From a virus: 64,000 bases of DNA. The DNA lies in IMG/VR virus record IMGVR_UViG_3300042340_000194, positions 1 to 64,000 of that record. One strand, written 5' to 3'. Both the position numbers and the translations under genes were made by a program. The stretch's first letter is position 1. Each line of letters begins with the position of its first letter. Below are positions 37,201 through 44,636 of the stretch, in pieces. A model generated the notes under the pieces. It was not told the DNA's origin. It made no database searches and was given only the letters and a program-made list of their open reading frames with translations.

Positions 37201-37515
37201 GGATGCTTTAACAGCACCGCGAATGACGGCTTTTCTACCGCCTTCTAATTCTGAGAAGTTACCAGTAGTTATGCCTTTTCTAAGGCGACCGAGCCCTCTT
37301 TGTGTGCTGGCGAGTGCAGCTAATGGATCACTACCTCTTCCCGCAGCTTTTAAATGTCCATCACCGCCTTCCCCCTTTAGCCGGCAATCCCATTCAGGAG
37401 GAATGCAGCGAGATCCACAACGCCGATTAGGCGGCTTACACGCAATGGTGTTTCGAGTCTTAGCGTCGATCCTCGATTGAGTAATCAGGAAAGTAGCCGT
37501 ACGAATGTTGGTCAT
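34201..37515 (-). CDS. 1104-aa two-module protein with a C-terminal alpha/beta hydrolase (lipase-like) domain
   Basis: Two Cys leader + TM units (RRCGSRCIPPEWDC; RQDKRCGKSGIPDNRNC); PVHMLAYSNGG nucleophile elbow, SKGD, IPHG. Confidence 0.7.
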   Translation of the reverse strand: MTNIRTATFLITQSRIDAKTRNTIACKPPNRRCGSRCIPPEWDCRLKGEGGDGHLKAAGRGSDPLAALASTQRGLGRLRKGITTGNFSELEGGRKAVIRGAVKASPQDLKKKKELQAALVQGSIGIGVALAVLGGGVRAHGILSNIRSYREGIGKNIDDSVSNALHSVLDLHPARARTKTEARNAVAELVRRRNGVGAVAGRNYGLPDTSDILKTSPLDYSPFSAVGQRVKNVSPSAYTDFGEWHKASYKAMWSTPRLKEQQIYRVGDGYQFATLSGEDFLRTHYKVTGGAEVSGVKLVQQIADQLDAEHKTLTNYAKDRGFNLGKLEDRHSLANTLLDAQQLTPAAREQARSQLLGTLHPNFRAIGTARTIYGKTISSYDTFYESIINSLPKVYGPTGLRKSVPLDQYPVMQNAMQGHAEFFATRLYPTAGRQAVKGPYSADLVNQHYFQTNGFPASVNTIWSAPSLTIQKAASEHAGRPIKDPSEALTILRGTGAFEGLQIRPPNELNTRTGRAIPPIPPMNRPRRARESFKFTNVEEQQSYLDVLKALMDRTLPNGKPLYKNQKSAEAAARVVIQRRRMEARKPPERGDAYFQAFAATIRQDKRCGKSGIPDNRNCSKKTLAAQAASGGGGQSAAIPKDKDNTLRNVAIGAGAVAATAVGLALGVKSQQVFAYRRNVSRSAIDAEAMAKDMVREFNEKAAKRLGKDVKDVTPFEASTYNFKDKGYDTGFSGMDNTPAFYGQTQNSKGAVVMLSYADDGTFTKRGQGSHLMAEGGAFREIWGEHDILPFANKISQPIKQGADDLDMKTRKARIGMLPKVAQKPVTMGIEMKNAFKQMDYLRGNIETRGFNPDAVRAAAFVAAQRRLTGKPVHMLAYSNGGNVASETLAILAEMGYRDVKVVNVAGPTFGVFNHTDENMRTWVSKGDVFYATMGKRAFASSPVRMLQNNNIPHGLSEKIDPNNPEFGANWRKYFKAGDSYLLDKQLQKEAHSYLTVDRARSKELTNEMVWRIASDKPIEGDLQVLFGNKSRDVKSRYIKALSTNKQQALLQLRSEIEDRMIDVWYGGYDPNKVKRSSKSLRAEVQQNATGAKTVPPEPATSSN

Positions 37516-39377
37516 TTAACGTCCTCGGGGGCGGGCTTGAGCGTGAAGATCGTCTGCTCGGGTAGAAAAGCCGCTAAGCCTTTCCTAGCAGCCCGGAGCG
37601 AGGCATAGCCAGTAACCTGCGGGCCAGGGAGGATCGCCCCATCGAGCTTAATGGTGGAGTTGAGCAGGGCATAGCGCCGGGATCGGCTGGGCCCGAGCAA
37701 CACCAGGCCGCCAATATCCGGGCCTGTTGCGTCGTTCCGGGTAGTGGTCCCCACCGGATAGCCCAGGCTGGCGCCGTCTTGATGCTTGATCACGTCGATG
37801 GTCAAGCCCAGAGCCTCGTAGCTGTCGGTCTTGGGCGCGGGCTTCGCCGGTTGAGACTCTTGAGACGCAGGTTGAGACTGGCCAGGGACCTCGCCGCCCT
37901 CGGGGGGAATCGGCTGGCCGTCTGGTCCTAAACCCTGCGCCTGGAATGCTTGTGCTTGTAACTGATTCATATTGTTCTCAAACATGCTATCCTCTTGCAT
38001 TTGTAGCTGGGCAGATACGTTCTCGTCCAGCACAGTCTCAATACTGTATTCCGCTGAGCCGTAGCGATTATTTCTAATTTCTATAGGACTTAGCACTCTT
38101 AATGCTGCATAAATATTGTCTATTTCAGCTCTGGACTTCTGTACAGCGAGCTTCTCCGTGGCGGTCTCAACGAACACCGAGGGGAACGAAATTTCCCACG
38201 ATTCTGGTGGGGTGCCCCGCATGGGACTGTCCTTGGCCCGCATGAAAAGCTCAAAAATATCGGAAATAGGGTCTTGGCAATAGACAGTCTGCCAGTCCTC
38301 TACTAGAGAGGCCCATACTCGCTCTTCAAACCGCCCTTCTTTCCCGAGGCCGCCAGGACTGGTGCCCATTAGAATTGACGCAGGCCAACCAGTAGTAGCC
38401 TGCATGTACTCAGCAAAAGGTGCGGTGGCTTGCGCCATGTTACTGAGGGATCTTTCAGCAAAGCCTATCTCTTCATTCGCGTCTATTAAGAATCCTCCAT
38501 AGGAGGATCTAGACATGTTGTTTATTTCCATGCGTTTCATCACCTGATTAGCGTTACCGGCTCTCACCATCTCCATTAACCCTGGCACTTTATGCCAAAA
38601 CAAAGAAGAGTCTGTAACACTAGAAGATAATCCTCTAATGGACGTTTCATACAGTTTCCATGAATCCCATACTACTTGTAATGGTGCTTGGCCCCAGCCT
38701 TGTTGTTGTTGGCGCTGTCGCCAGGGTAGGTACAGTCCATCAAAGCGGCTAACTCTAGTGTGATGGATACGCATATTTGTTACAGGGCTTTTCTGGTTCT
38801 CGTCTAATTTTTGATTAGTAGTAATTCTGTACATCTCGGGTTTGGAGTAGTCCATAACGGACACGTCCATGGGAAATATTTCGTGGCGTGATAACGCACA
38901 CAGCCCACGAATACCACGAATGCGGTCGTAGTTTACAGGTGTTTCCGGGTCTTCGTTGCCATCATCAACTAGAGCGACAATGACCGATCCGCCGTAGAGG
39001 CGTTGAAGGCGGACAGCTTCGGCATACACCCGGTGGAATTTCAACTGTTTAAGGTAGGCTTCAAAATCTGTGATCTGGTCAATCTCTTGGGAAGCTTTCC
39101 GGCCTCCTAGTTTAATTGTGACACGATGTTTGAGAACTTCATCGGCAATAGAATCGACAAAACGCCGGGGTAGTCCTACGGAGTAAAGAGCTTCGAGTTC
39201 TGGATGAGAGAGTAGATAGCTAGTCCGTATGCTTGTTGATTGGCTTCGGTCTTTACCTGCTATTCCCATGCCTGTAAAGGCATTGACTAAAGCTCCATCT
39301 GTACGCATGCCATCAGCATCGCTACGATTGCCGATAGCGACGGAATTATCGGGAGCTTCGGGAGATACTGATTTCAA
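37512..39377 (-). CDS. Portal protein (DUF1073) with a C-terminal extension
   Basis: DGALVNAFTGMG..KD, RLYGGS, PEMYRI, IHHTRV, WPASILMGTSPGGLG, WEISFPS; follows terL. Confidence 0.9.
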   Translation of the reverse strand: MKSVSPEAPDNSVAIGNRSDADGMRTDGALVNAFTGMGIAGKDRSQSTSIRTSYLLSHPELEALYSVGLPRRFVDSIADEVLKHRVTIKLGGRKASQEIDQITDFEAYLKQLKFHRVYAEAVRLQRLYGGSVIVALVDDGNEDPETPVNYDRIRGIRGLCALSRHEIFPMDVSVMDYSKPEMYRITTNQKLDENQKSPVTNMRIHHTRVSRFDGLYLPWRQRQQQQGWGQAPLQVVWDSWKLYETSIRGLSSSVTDSSLFWHKVPGLMEMVRAGNANQVMKRMEINNMSRSSYGGFLIDANEEIGFAERSLSNMAQATAPFAEYMQATTGWPASILMGTSPGGLGKEGRFEERVWASLVEDWQTVYCQDPISDIFELFMRAKDSPMRGTPPESWEISFPSVFVETATEKLAVQKSRAEIDNIYAALRVLSPIEIRNNRYGSAEYSIETVLDENVSAQLQMQEDSMFENNMNQLQAQAFQAQGLGPDGQPIPPEGGEVPGQSQPASQESQPAKPAPKTDSYEALGLTIDVIKHQDGASLGYPVGTTTRNDATGPDIGGLVLLGPSRSRRYALLNSTIKLDGAILPGPQVTGYASLRAARKGLAAFLPEQTIFTLKPAPEDVK

Positions 39378-39423
39378 GCGCGGTCCTGCCTGCTTTCAGT
39401 GTAGCGACGGCCTCGGGGGGCGA

Positions 39424-39576
39424 CAAGAGATGAGGGTCTTTTCATAGAGATGGAGGTTTTTTAATAGAGATGAGGGGTGGTTTTTCATAGAGATGGAGCT
39501 TTTTTCATAGAGTCCAGGGGTTTTTAAGAGAGTTGGGGGTATTTTCATAGAGTCCAGGGTTTTTTAAGAAATCCAG
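39424..39576. repeat. Tandem array of about 20-bp imperfect repeats (7 units + 1 partial), consensus CATAGAGAT/GTCC-GGG-TTTTT
   Basis: Units start at 39424, 39443, 39463, 39486, 39506, 39526, 39546 and 39566 in the terL-portal gap. Confidence 0.9.
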
Positions 39577-39608
39577 CAATATATGTACATTTTTCGCGTA
39601 GCACGCGC

Positions 39609-41105
39609 TCAGGCCGCCTTGAGGAAGCCCAGGAGATCGACGGATCCGGGGGCCGCCATGGCTGCCAGAGCCACACCCATCACCGTGTCATCGTGGGCCG
39701 ACCCCCCTGCCCCCCGCTTTCCGTGGTCATCCCGGCGGAATGCTCGATGCTCAGCAGCAATGATCCCATCAGGGAATATTAGGTCATCATCCTCCATCAT
39801 AAAGAGAGTTCTGTCGGTTATTGCGTTTTTGATGGGATCAGACATATAGACTAGCTCTATTTCAGTCCCCATGGATTGCAGTGCAAGCGCCTCCGCTATG
39901 ACAATGCCCATGGAGTTCTTCTCTACTATGATTTTAGAAGGTAGAAAATTCTCTATCAACTCTTTTACTTTGGCTAAGCTGTACGGGGAGGATTTGTAGT
40001 GTTCCCGATACATGGCTGCCACGCGCCGTGGTTTAGAGGTTACGTCAAGCACTACAGCGGTGAAGTAGTCATTACCTCCTCCGTTGGGATCCACTCCCAT
40101 GGAGTAGATGCGGTTTGCCATACCGCATTCATCGAAGGAACCTTTAGCACATTTTTTGACTAACAGGCTGTCATATATGGCAGATGCGGTAGCACCGAAT
40201 TTAAGCTCAAATTCCGCCGCCCATTGGTTTAGTGTTAGCTTCTCTTGTTTTCTATAAGTTGCTGGCCAGGTAGGATCTGCACCATACTGTGGGTGCATTG
40301 AGTAATGAAGCGCTACCCGTGCCCATCCGTCCGCTTCCCCGGCTTTGTTTAGAAGGGCTTGAAGGCCTATTAGATCACGACGTTCTACATAGTCATACCA
40401 GTCGGAGGGGAGGCCCGTTGTCCACATTTCGCCGAACCAGTCTGACTCCATGTCTGGAGTAGAGACTATGATCACTTTCCCGGCTTTGCCTAACTTCATC
40501 AGTGAAGGGCTGGCTCCTTGATATAAATCTTTTACTCCGTCGATAAAGGCGGCTTCGTCGAGGAAGAGTACAGAACAGGCTGGGATACCACGAACGCCCC
40601 GACCTGTAGGAGCTAAGAAATGTAGAGTGCCTCGCCCTTTCCAGGATAGCCGCTTAGTGCTATCCGATAGCCATGTTAATGACTCACCTTGGAGGGATTC
40701 CGCCATGAAGCGGACCCGTATAGCTAGCTCCTCGGAGTCCTTGCCTGTTTTTGAGACAATTACGGCAGTAAAGCCGGGTTCTGTTAATGCCCTGTTTAAT
40801 AGATAATTACAGATAACTTCCGATATGCCGATCTGCCTAGATTTGAGGACTTGAATCCGGCGAGAATTGTGGAGTATGCGTACAAATTCTTTCTGAAATT
40901 CATACGGCGCAAAGGGTTCAATCTTGGCACCGTCATCGTCACCAGTTTTGATCCAAGTAAGCGGCGCGAACTCCTCCCAGTTCTTTACAGGAGGTAACGA
41001 AGTTAGTAGCTTTGCACTGGCGTGATTAGCTGCTGCAGCTTCGCGCTGAGCTACCTTCTTCTCCAGTTGAGCCAGACGAGATTTGAGTGACGCTCCGGTT
41101 CTCAC
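39609..41105 (-). CDS. terL: Terminase large subunit
   Basis: PYEFQ, VLKSRQIGISE, LFLDEAAF, VSTP, GVDP..GND, VEKNSMG, HDDTVM. Confidence 0.95.
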   Translation of the reverse strand: MRTGASLKSRLAQLEKKVAQREAAAANHASAKLLTSLPPVKNWEEFAPLTWIKTGDDDGAKIEPFAPYEFQKEFVRILHNSRRIQVLKSRQIGISEVICNYLLNRALTEPGFTAVIVSKTGKDSEELAIRVRFMAESLQGESLTWLSDSTKRLSWKGRGTLHFLAPTGRGVRGIPACSVLFLDEAAFIDGVKDLYQGASPSLMKLGKAGKVIIVSTPDMESDWFGEMWTTGLPSDWYDYVERRDLIGLQALLNKAGEADGWARVALHYSMHPQYGADPTWPATYRKQEKLTLNQWAAEFELKFGATASAIYDSLLVKKCAKGSFDECGMANRIYSMGVDPNGGGNDYFTAVVLDVTSKPRRVAAMYREHYKSSPYSLAKVKELIENFLPSKIIVEKNSMGIVIAEALALQSMGTEIELVYMSDPIKNAITDRTLFMMEDDDLIFPDGIIAAEHRAFRRDDHGKRGAGGSAHDDTVMGVALAAMAAPGSVDLLGFLKAA

Positions 41106-41581
41106 TCGGCCTCGGGGGGCGTAGCTTCCTCGACGGTTGCCGACTCAAGGTCAAGAAACGCCTGGCCTGTAACACCTGTGGTGGCGCTAGTGAGACGTTC
41201 AATGCGCTCTTCGAGTTTTTTGATTATGGCTTCCGTCTCTCGCTGTTCTCTGTAGACATTAGCGGACGCCATTATGGTCGATGCTGCCCTGATTCTATCG
41301 GCTTTTAGCGCTGTGTTATCGTTCATAATCGTCTTGAGCACATTTAGGCATTCAGGTATTAACCCAACACCTTGTGTTCCGCTAATATCGGTCCTCTCTT
41401 GGATCCGGCGGGTCAGGCCGGTCATGAACACAGCGGTGTTCCTCCAGTTGTGGACCGTTTTGGGGTCCACCTTAGCGATCCTGGCGGCTTCGCCTAGAGT
41501 ATGGCCTTCCGCAATGGCCTCCGCGCAGATGATCTGCTTTGCGGTGAGTCCTTCATTGTTTACTGGGCGCTGAGCAACCAC
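41102..41581 (-). CDS. terS: Terminase small subunit (N-terminal HTH)
   Basis: LTAKQ..AEAIAEG...EAARIAKVDPKTVHNW; RIRAA; overlaps the terL start. Confidence 0.75.
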   Translation of the reverse strand: MVAQRPVNNEGLTAKQIICAEAIAEGHTLGEAARIAKVDPKTVHNWRNTAVFMTGLTRRIQERTDISGTQGVGLIPECLNVLKTIMNDNTALKADRIRAASTIMASANVYREQRETEAIIKKLEERIERLTSATTGVTGQAFLDLESATVEEATPPEAE

Positions 41582-41694
41582 TGGGGGTATGGGCGAAGCC
41601 GGAGAGATAGGCAGAGTCTATCTAAGGGTGCCAGAAATTACCGCAGATTGCCGGGTTTTTCCACCGGAGGCGGAGAAGTGGCGTGGTAGTAAGC

Positions 41695-42075
41695 TCATGT
41701 CGATGTCTGCTCGTGGGGATCAGTAGCGAACATCCACGGTGCAAATTCCTTTAGCAGAGCTTCCGCTACATTAGGTTTTATCTGTCGTACCATCCTCTCT
41801 ATCAACCCTTCTACCAACTCCTCAATAAAAACATCAATATCGTCGTTGTATATGGATTCCACCCTATCCATATCTACACGAAGGGCGAACTTTACTTGTT
41901 CGTATATCGGATGATCTCGACCAGACTGGACGATCACCATATATGTGTTGTCTATTGGTTGTTTAACATCGCACATTACTAATGGGAAGTTTTGCGTTAC
42001 TTCGTGTGCCACCCGGTAGGGTAGAAAGGCGGGCAGCGGGGCAGGGTTAGAAAACGGGAAAGCGATGGCGGGCAT
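41695..42075 (-). CDS. Hypothetical protein
   Basis: Likely start MPAIAFP; same strand as the surrounding array. Confidence 0.55.
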   Translation of the reverse strand: MPAIAFPFSNPAPLPAFLPYRVAHEVTQNFPLVMCDVKQPIDNTYMVIVQSGRDHPIYEQVKFALRVDMDRVESIYNDDIDVFIEELVEGLIERMVRQIKPNVAEALLKEFAPWMFATDPHEQTST

Positions 42076-42077
42076 GG

Positions 42078-42359
42078 TTAGGATCCAATAAGGTTTGCTC
42101 GGCGGTCCCATCTCTTGCGCACGTCACGGGTACGTTTAGCAAGATCAGTTCCTAGTGGGGCTTCATCTGATACCTGTGCTAAACATTTAACGCAATATAT
42201 CATAACCACGTCAGTAGGGTCATTAAGTTTGATGCTGACAAAAAGCTTATCCTTAATGGTTAGACGTTTTCGGATGACGAATTTACCCTTCCCGCCACAG
42301 AATGGGCAAGGCTTGACAGCTATCAATGGTTTAGCAGGGACTCTCGCATTCGGTGGCAT
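42078..42359 (-). CDS. Lar-like zinc-ribbon protein
   Basis: KPCPFCGG...CVKC...WDRRA. Confidence 0.65.
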   Translation of the reverse strand: MPPNARVPAKPLIAVKPCPFCGGKGKFVIRKRLTIKDKLFVSIKLNDPTDVVMIYCVKCLAQVSDEAPLGTDLAKRTRDVRKRWDRRANLIGS

Positions 42360-42418
42360 GGGATCAAGCGGGCTCGGGGGTCACAGGGGCTGTCTCAGTA
42401 TGAGTCTCATGGGACTCC

Positions 42419-42985
42419 TCATCGGTTGTCACCGCTCCCGCCCAGTTGGCCGCGCTTCTGGCGGTCTTGAGTCTTTTGGATATTGGCCTTAGCTATTGCG
42501 TCAAGACTTAGTCCTAGTTCAGTGGCTAGTTGGGTCAGATACCAGAGGACATCACCTAATTCTAGTTTGATTGCTGCTATGGTATCGGCGTGGAATTGTC
42601 CGTTATGATCACGGAGAACTTTTTTAATCTTCTCAGCAACTTCTCCGGTTTCACCGCATAAGCCTAGTGCGCAGTAGATGATGGAGTTCTTGTCGGGGTA
42701 GACCGCAGTCTCTGATGACGTTATTTGGTAGTCTGTGAAAGTCATTAACTCCATGAGTTGTGGTGATTGCGGTGATGGGGGTTCTGAGATGAGTCCTGAG
42801 CGTTGGAGTTGGGCCTGGAGAAGCTCATCACTGCCGGGTTCGTCATTAGTGACTTGAAACACGCATGAAGACTTATCCTGACATGTTTCGCGCAAGAAGA
42901 TTTTAGCCGCATGTTCGGGTGAAGCCTCGTGGCGGTGGTGATACCTTTCACGAGTGACGTCACAGACAACGCATTTAATGATCAT
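42419..42985 (-). CDS. mazG: MazG-like NTP pyrophosphohydrolase with a Cys-containing N-terminal extension
   Basis: YQ...TAVYP...LGLCGETGEVAEKIKK...ELGDVLWY...NIQK...R..G.GDNR. Confidence 0.88.
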   Translation of the reverse strand: MIIKCVVCDVTRERYHHRHEASPEHAAKIFLRETCQDKSSCVFQVTNDEPGSDELLQAQLQRSGLISEPPSPQSPQLMELMTFTDYQITSSETAVYPDKNSIIYCALGLCGETGEVAEKIKKVLRDHNGQFHADTIAAIKLELGDVLWYLTQLATELGLSLDAIAKANIQKTQDRQKRGQLGGSGDNR

Positions 42986-43176
42986 GGGAATCTGGGTGGT
43001 AATGAATAATGGAGATGTCCGTTCTCAGGATAGCGGGTGATCTCGTCAGGATCGGCCTGCTGAAGCCAGGCCCACCAGTGAGCGCAGGCGACTAGGAAGG
43101 TCACTGGGTCATCTGGGAAGAGGGGATGATCATCCATGGACAGGGTGTAACAGGCTCGGGGGTAATACATCGTCAT
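42982..43176 (-). CDS. Small hypothetical protein
   Basis: ATGA-coupled at both ends. Confidence 0.5.
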   Translation of the reverse strand: MTMYYPRACYTLSMDDHPLFPDDPVTFLVACAHWWAWLQQADPDEITRYPENGHLHYSLPPRFP

Positions 43177-43868
43177 GGGGCTGTCTCATCTTGAGACTCA
43201 TGAGACTGAGAATGATTCTCATCCCCCAGGCTGTGCCGCCGGGTCCGCTTCCTCACAGACTTGGCACTATTTTTGAGCCAGCGCTCTTTGACAACTTCGG
43301 GTATATCTTGTTGCTGCTTTACCCACTCTGTCACTTCCTCGATAGCGTTAGCATGGGCTGCAGCTTCCATGCGGTTGTAGAGAACATCATCCTGTAGCAA
43401 TTGCCGAAGTTGGCCACGCAGGATACTGTTATAGGCTAATACTACTTTGTGGGCAATAGTTGTGTATGATTCTGCATTCTCTGGTGTTAGCCGGTTACGT
43501 GCTCGTCTGCGGCTTTCATGCTCACGTTTGCGCGCTCTATCCGCAGCAGCTTTCCTCTCGGTTTCTCTAATATCTAAGATGGCTCTAATCTGAGTGCGGA
43601 ATCTAATGTAAACTTCTCTAGTGCGATCTAGTTTCCACATCTTAGTCTCTATGCTCCGTCTATTAGTAATAAGCAGATTATCTCCTTGTAAACTCGTAAC
43701 CATAGATCTGTAATCATGCTTGATAGTATCAATATTGGCGGCTAGATGGGCTAGTAACAGTATAAGTCCGTCGTTATCTAACTTATCTAAGTCGTCAAAA
43801 TAAAGAGGCTCATCAAGATTTTCACCCCATAAAACATAAACTCGTTCTTTACTCGGATCGAAAGGCAT
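43173..43868 (-). CDS. Hypothetical helical protein
   Basis: Likely start MPFDPSK overlapping the upstream TAA. Confidence 0.6.
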   Translation of the reverse strand: MPFDPSKERVYVLWGENLDEPLYFDDLDKLDNDGLILLLAHLAANIDTIKHDYRSMVTSLQGDNLLITNRRSIETKMWKLDRTREVYIRFRTQIRAILDIRETERKAAADRARKREHESRRRARNRLTPENAESYTTIAHKVVLAYNSILRGQLRQLLQDDVLYNRMEAAAHANAIEEVTEWVKQQQDIPEVVKERWLKNSAKSVRKRTRRHSLGDENHSQSHESQDETAP

Positions 43869-44305
43869 TAGGTGGACTCCGTGTGAGTAGTGAAAATCCG
43901 GCGGGCCGCTTCGATGACGGTGTTCATGTCGTCCTCGGGGTAGCCCCACCCGTAGTTCGAGCAGAAGATTTGATCACCATAATGGATCGGCAGTTTGTCG
44001 AATAACTCAGCTCCGGTGGGGATTACTCCTTGGATGTATTCTCTTAATCGGATGATGAGACTTCGCATGGTCCCGCCTTGAGAGAATCCCCGCCATTCCC
44101 CGTTGTAGTGGGTATAGATGAGGCGCTTTGTGTAACAGTCGATTAGATTTATTCGGCCTTGTCCGTCCAGGCACAGTACGCTTACGCGGTCTTGGTGGGA
44201 AAAGAACTTTCGCCCGGTAGTGGCTATGACTCGGATGAACTCATTGGCTTTAGCCAGTCTTTCGGCTTTGTCGGGCAGGGCCCGTAAACGATGAGGATAG
44301 GTCAT
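43868..44305 (-). CDS. Conserved phage hypothetical protein
   Basis: IATTGRKFF...WRGFSQGGTMRSL...WGY; likely start MTYPH. Confidence 0.65.
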   Translation of the reverse strand: MTYPHRLRALPDKAERLAKANEFIRVIATTGRKFFSHQDRVSVLCLDGQGRINLIDCYTKRLIYTHYNGEWRGFSQGGTMRSLIIRLREYIQGVIPTGAELFDKLPIHYGDQIFCSNYGWGYPEDDMNTVIEAARRIFTTHTEST

Positions 44306-44433
44306 AATTGATTCTCCCCACAAGCGTAAGCGATTAAAGTCCAAGCAAGTATTCCAAGAGGTGTAGGATGAAGTGCAGTTGTTATGAAGAGGGTGCCTAA
44401 GCCTAACAGTAAAGAAAGTTGGGATTCTGTCAT
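44302..44433 (-). CDS. 43-aa membrane peptide (not in the ORF track)
   Basis: MTESQLSLLLGLGTLFITTALHPTPLGILAWTLIAYACGENQL; ATGA-coupled at both ends. Confidence 0.5.
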   Translation of the reverse strand: MTESQLSLLLGLGTLFITTALHPTPLGILAWTLIAYACGENQL

Positions 44434-44636
44434 GGCTTCCCTCCACGTCTCATACAGCCATATGCGGTCAGCAGTAGTATTAAAGCTGGTAGTGCTATAG
44501 AACTTAAAATCAAAATATCCATCTTAGTTATAGGTGTAGATGGGGCGTTGGACTCTTGAGACATTAAGCGGGCTGCGTTGGAGGCGGTCATAGAGGCTCC
44601 GGTAGCTATTACTCCTGATGCCGATGCTCCGATCAT
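44430..44636 (-). CDS. Small membrane protein
   Basis: C-terminal TM ILILSSIALPALILLLTAYG; ATGA-coupled. Confidence 0.5.
   Translation of the reverse strand: MIGASASGVIATGASMTASNAARLMSQESNAPSTPITKMDILILSSIALPALILLLTAYGCMRRGGKP

Noticed and set aside
37512-39377. Portal as anti-CBASS Acb1 (a common label for DUF1073 proteins)
   Set aside because: No pair of HxT/S 2H-phosphoesterase motifs seen in the extension; position and motifs indicate a portal
39424-39576. Possible CRISPR array
   Set aside because: Units are contiguous about 20-bp repeats with no unique spacers, and there are no cas genes
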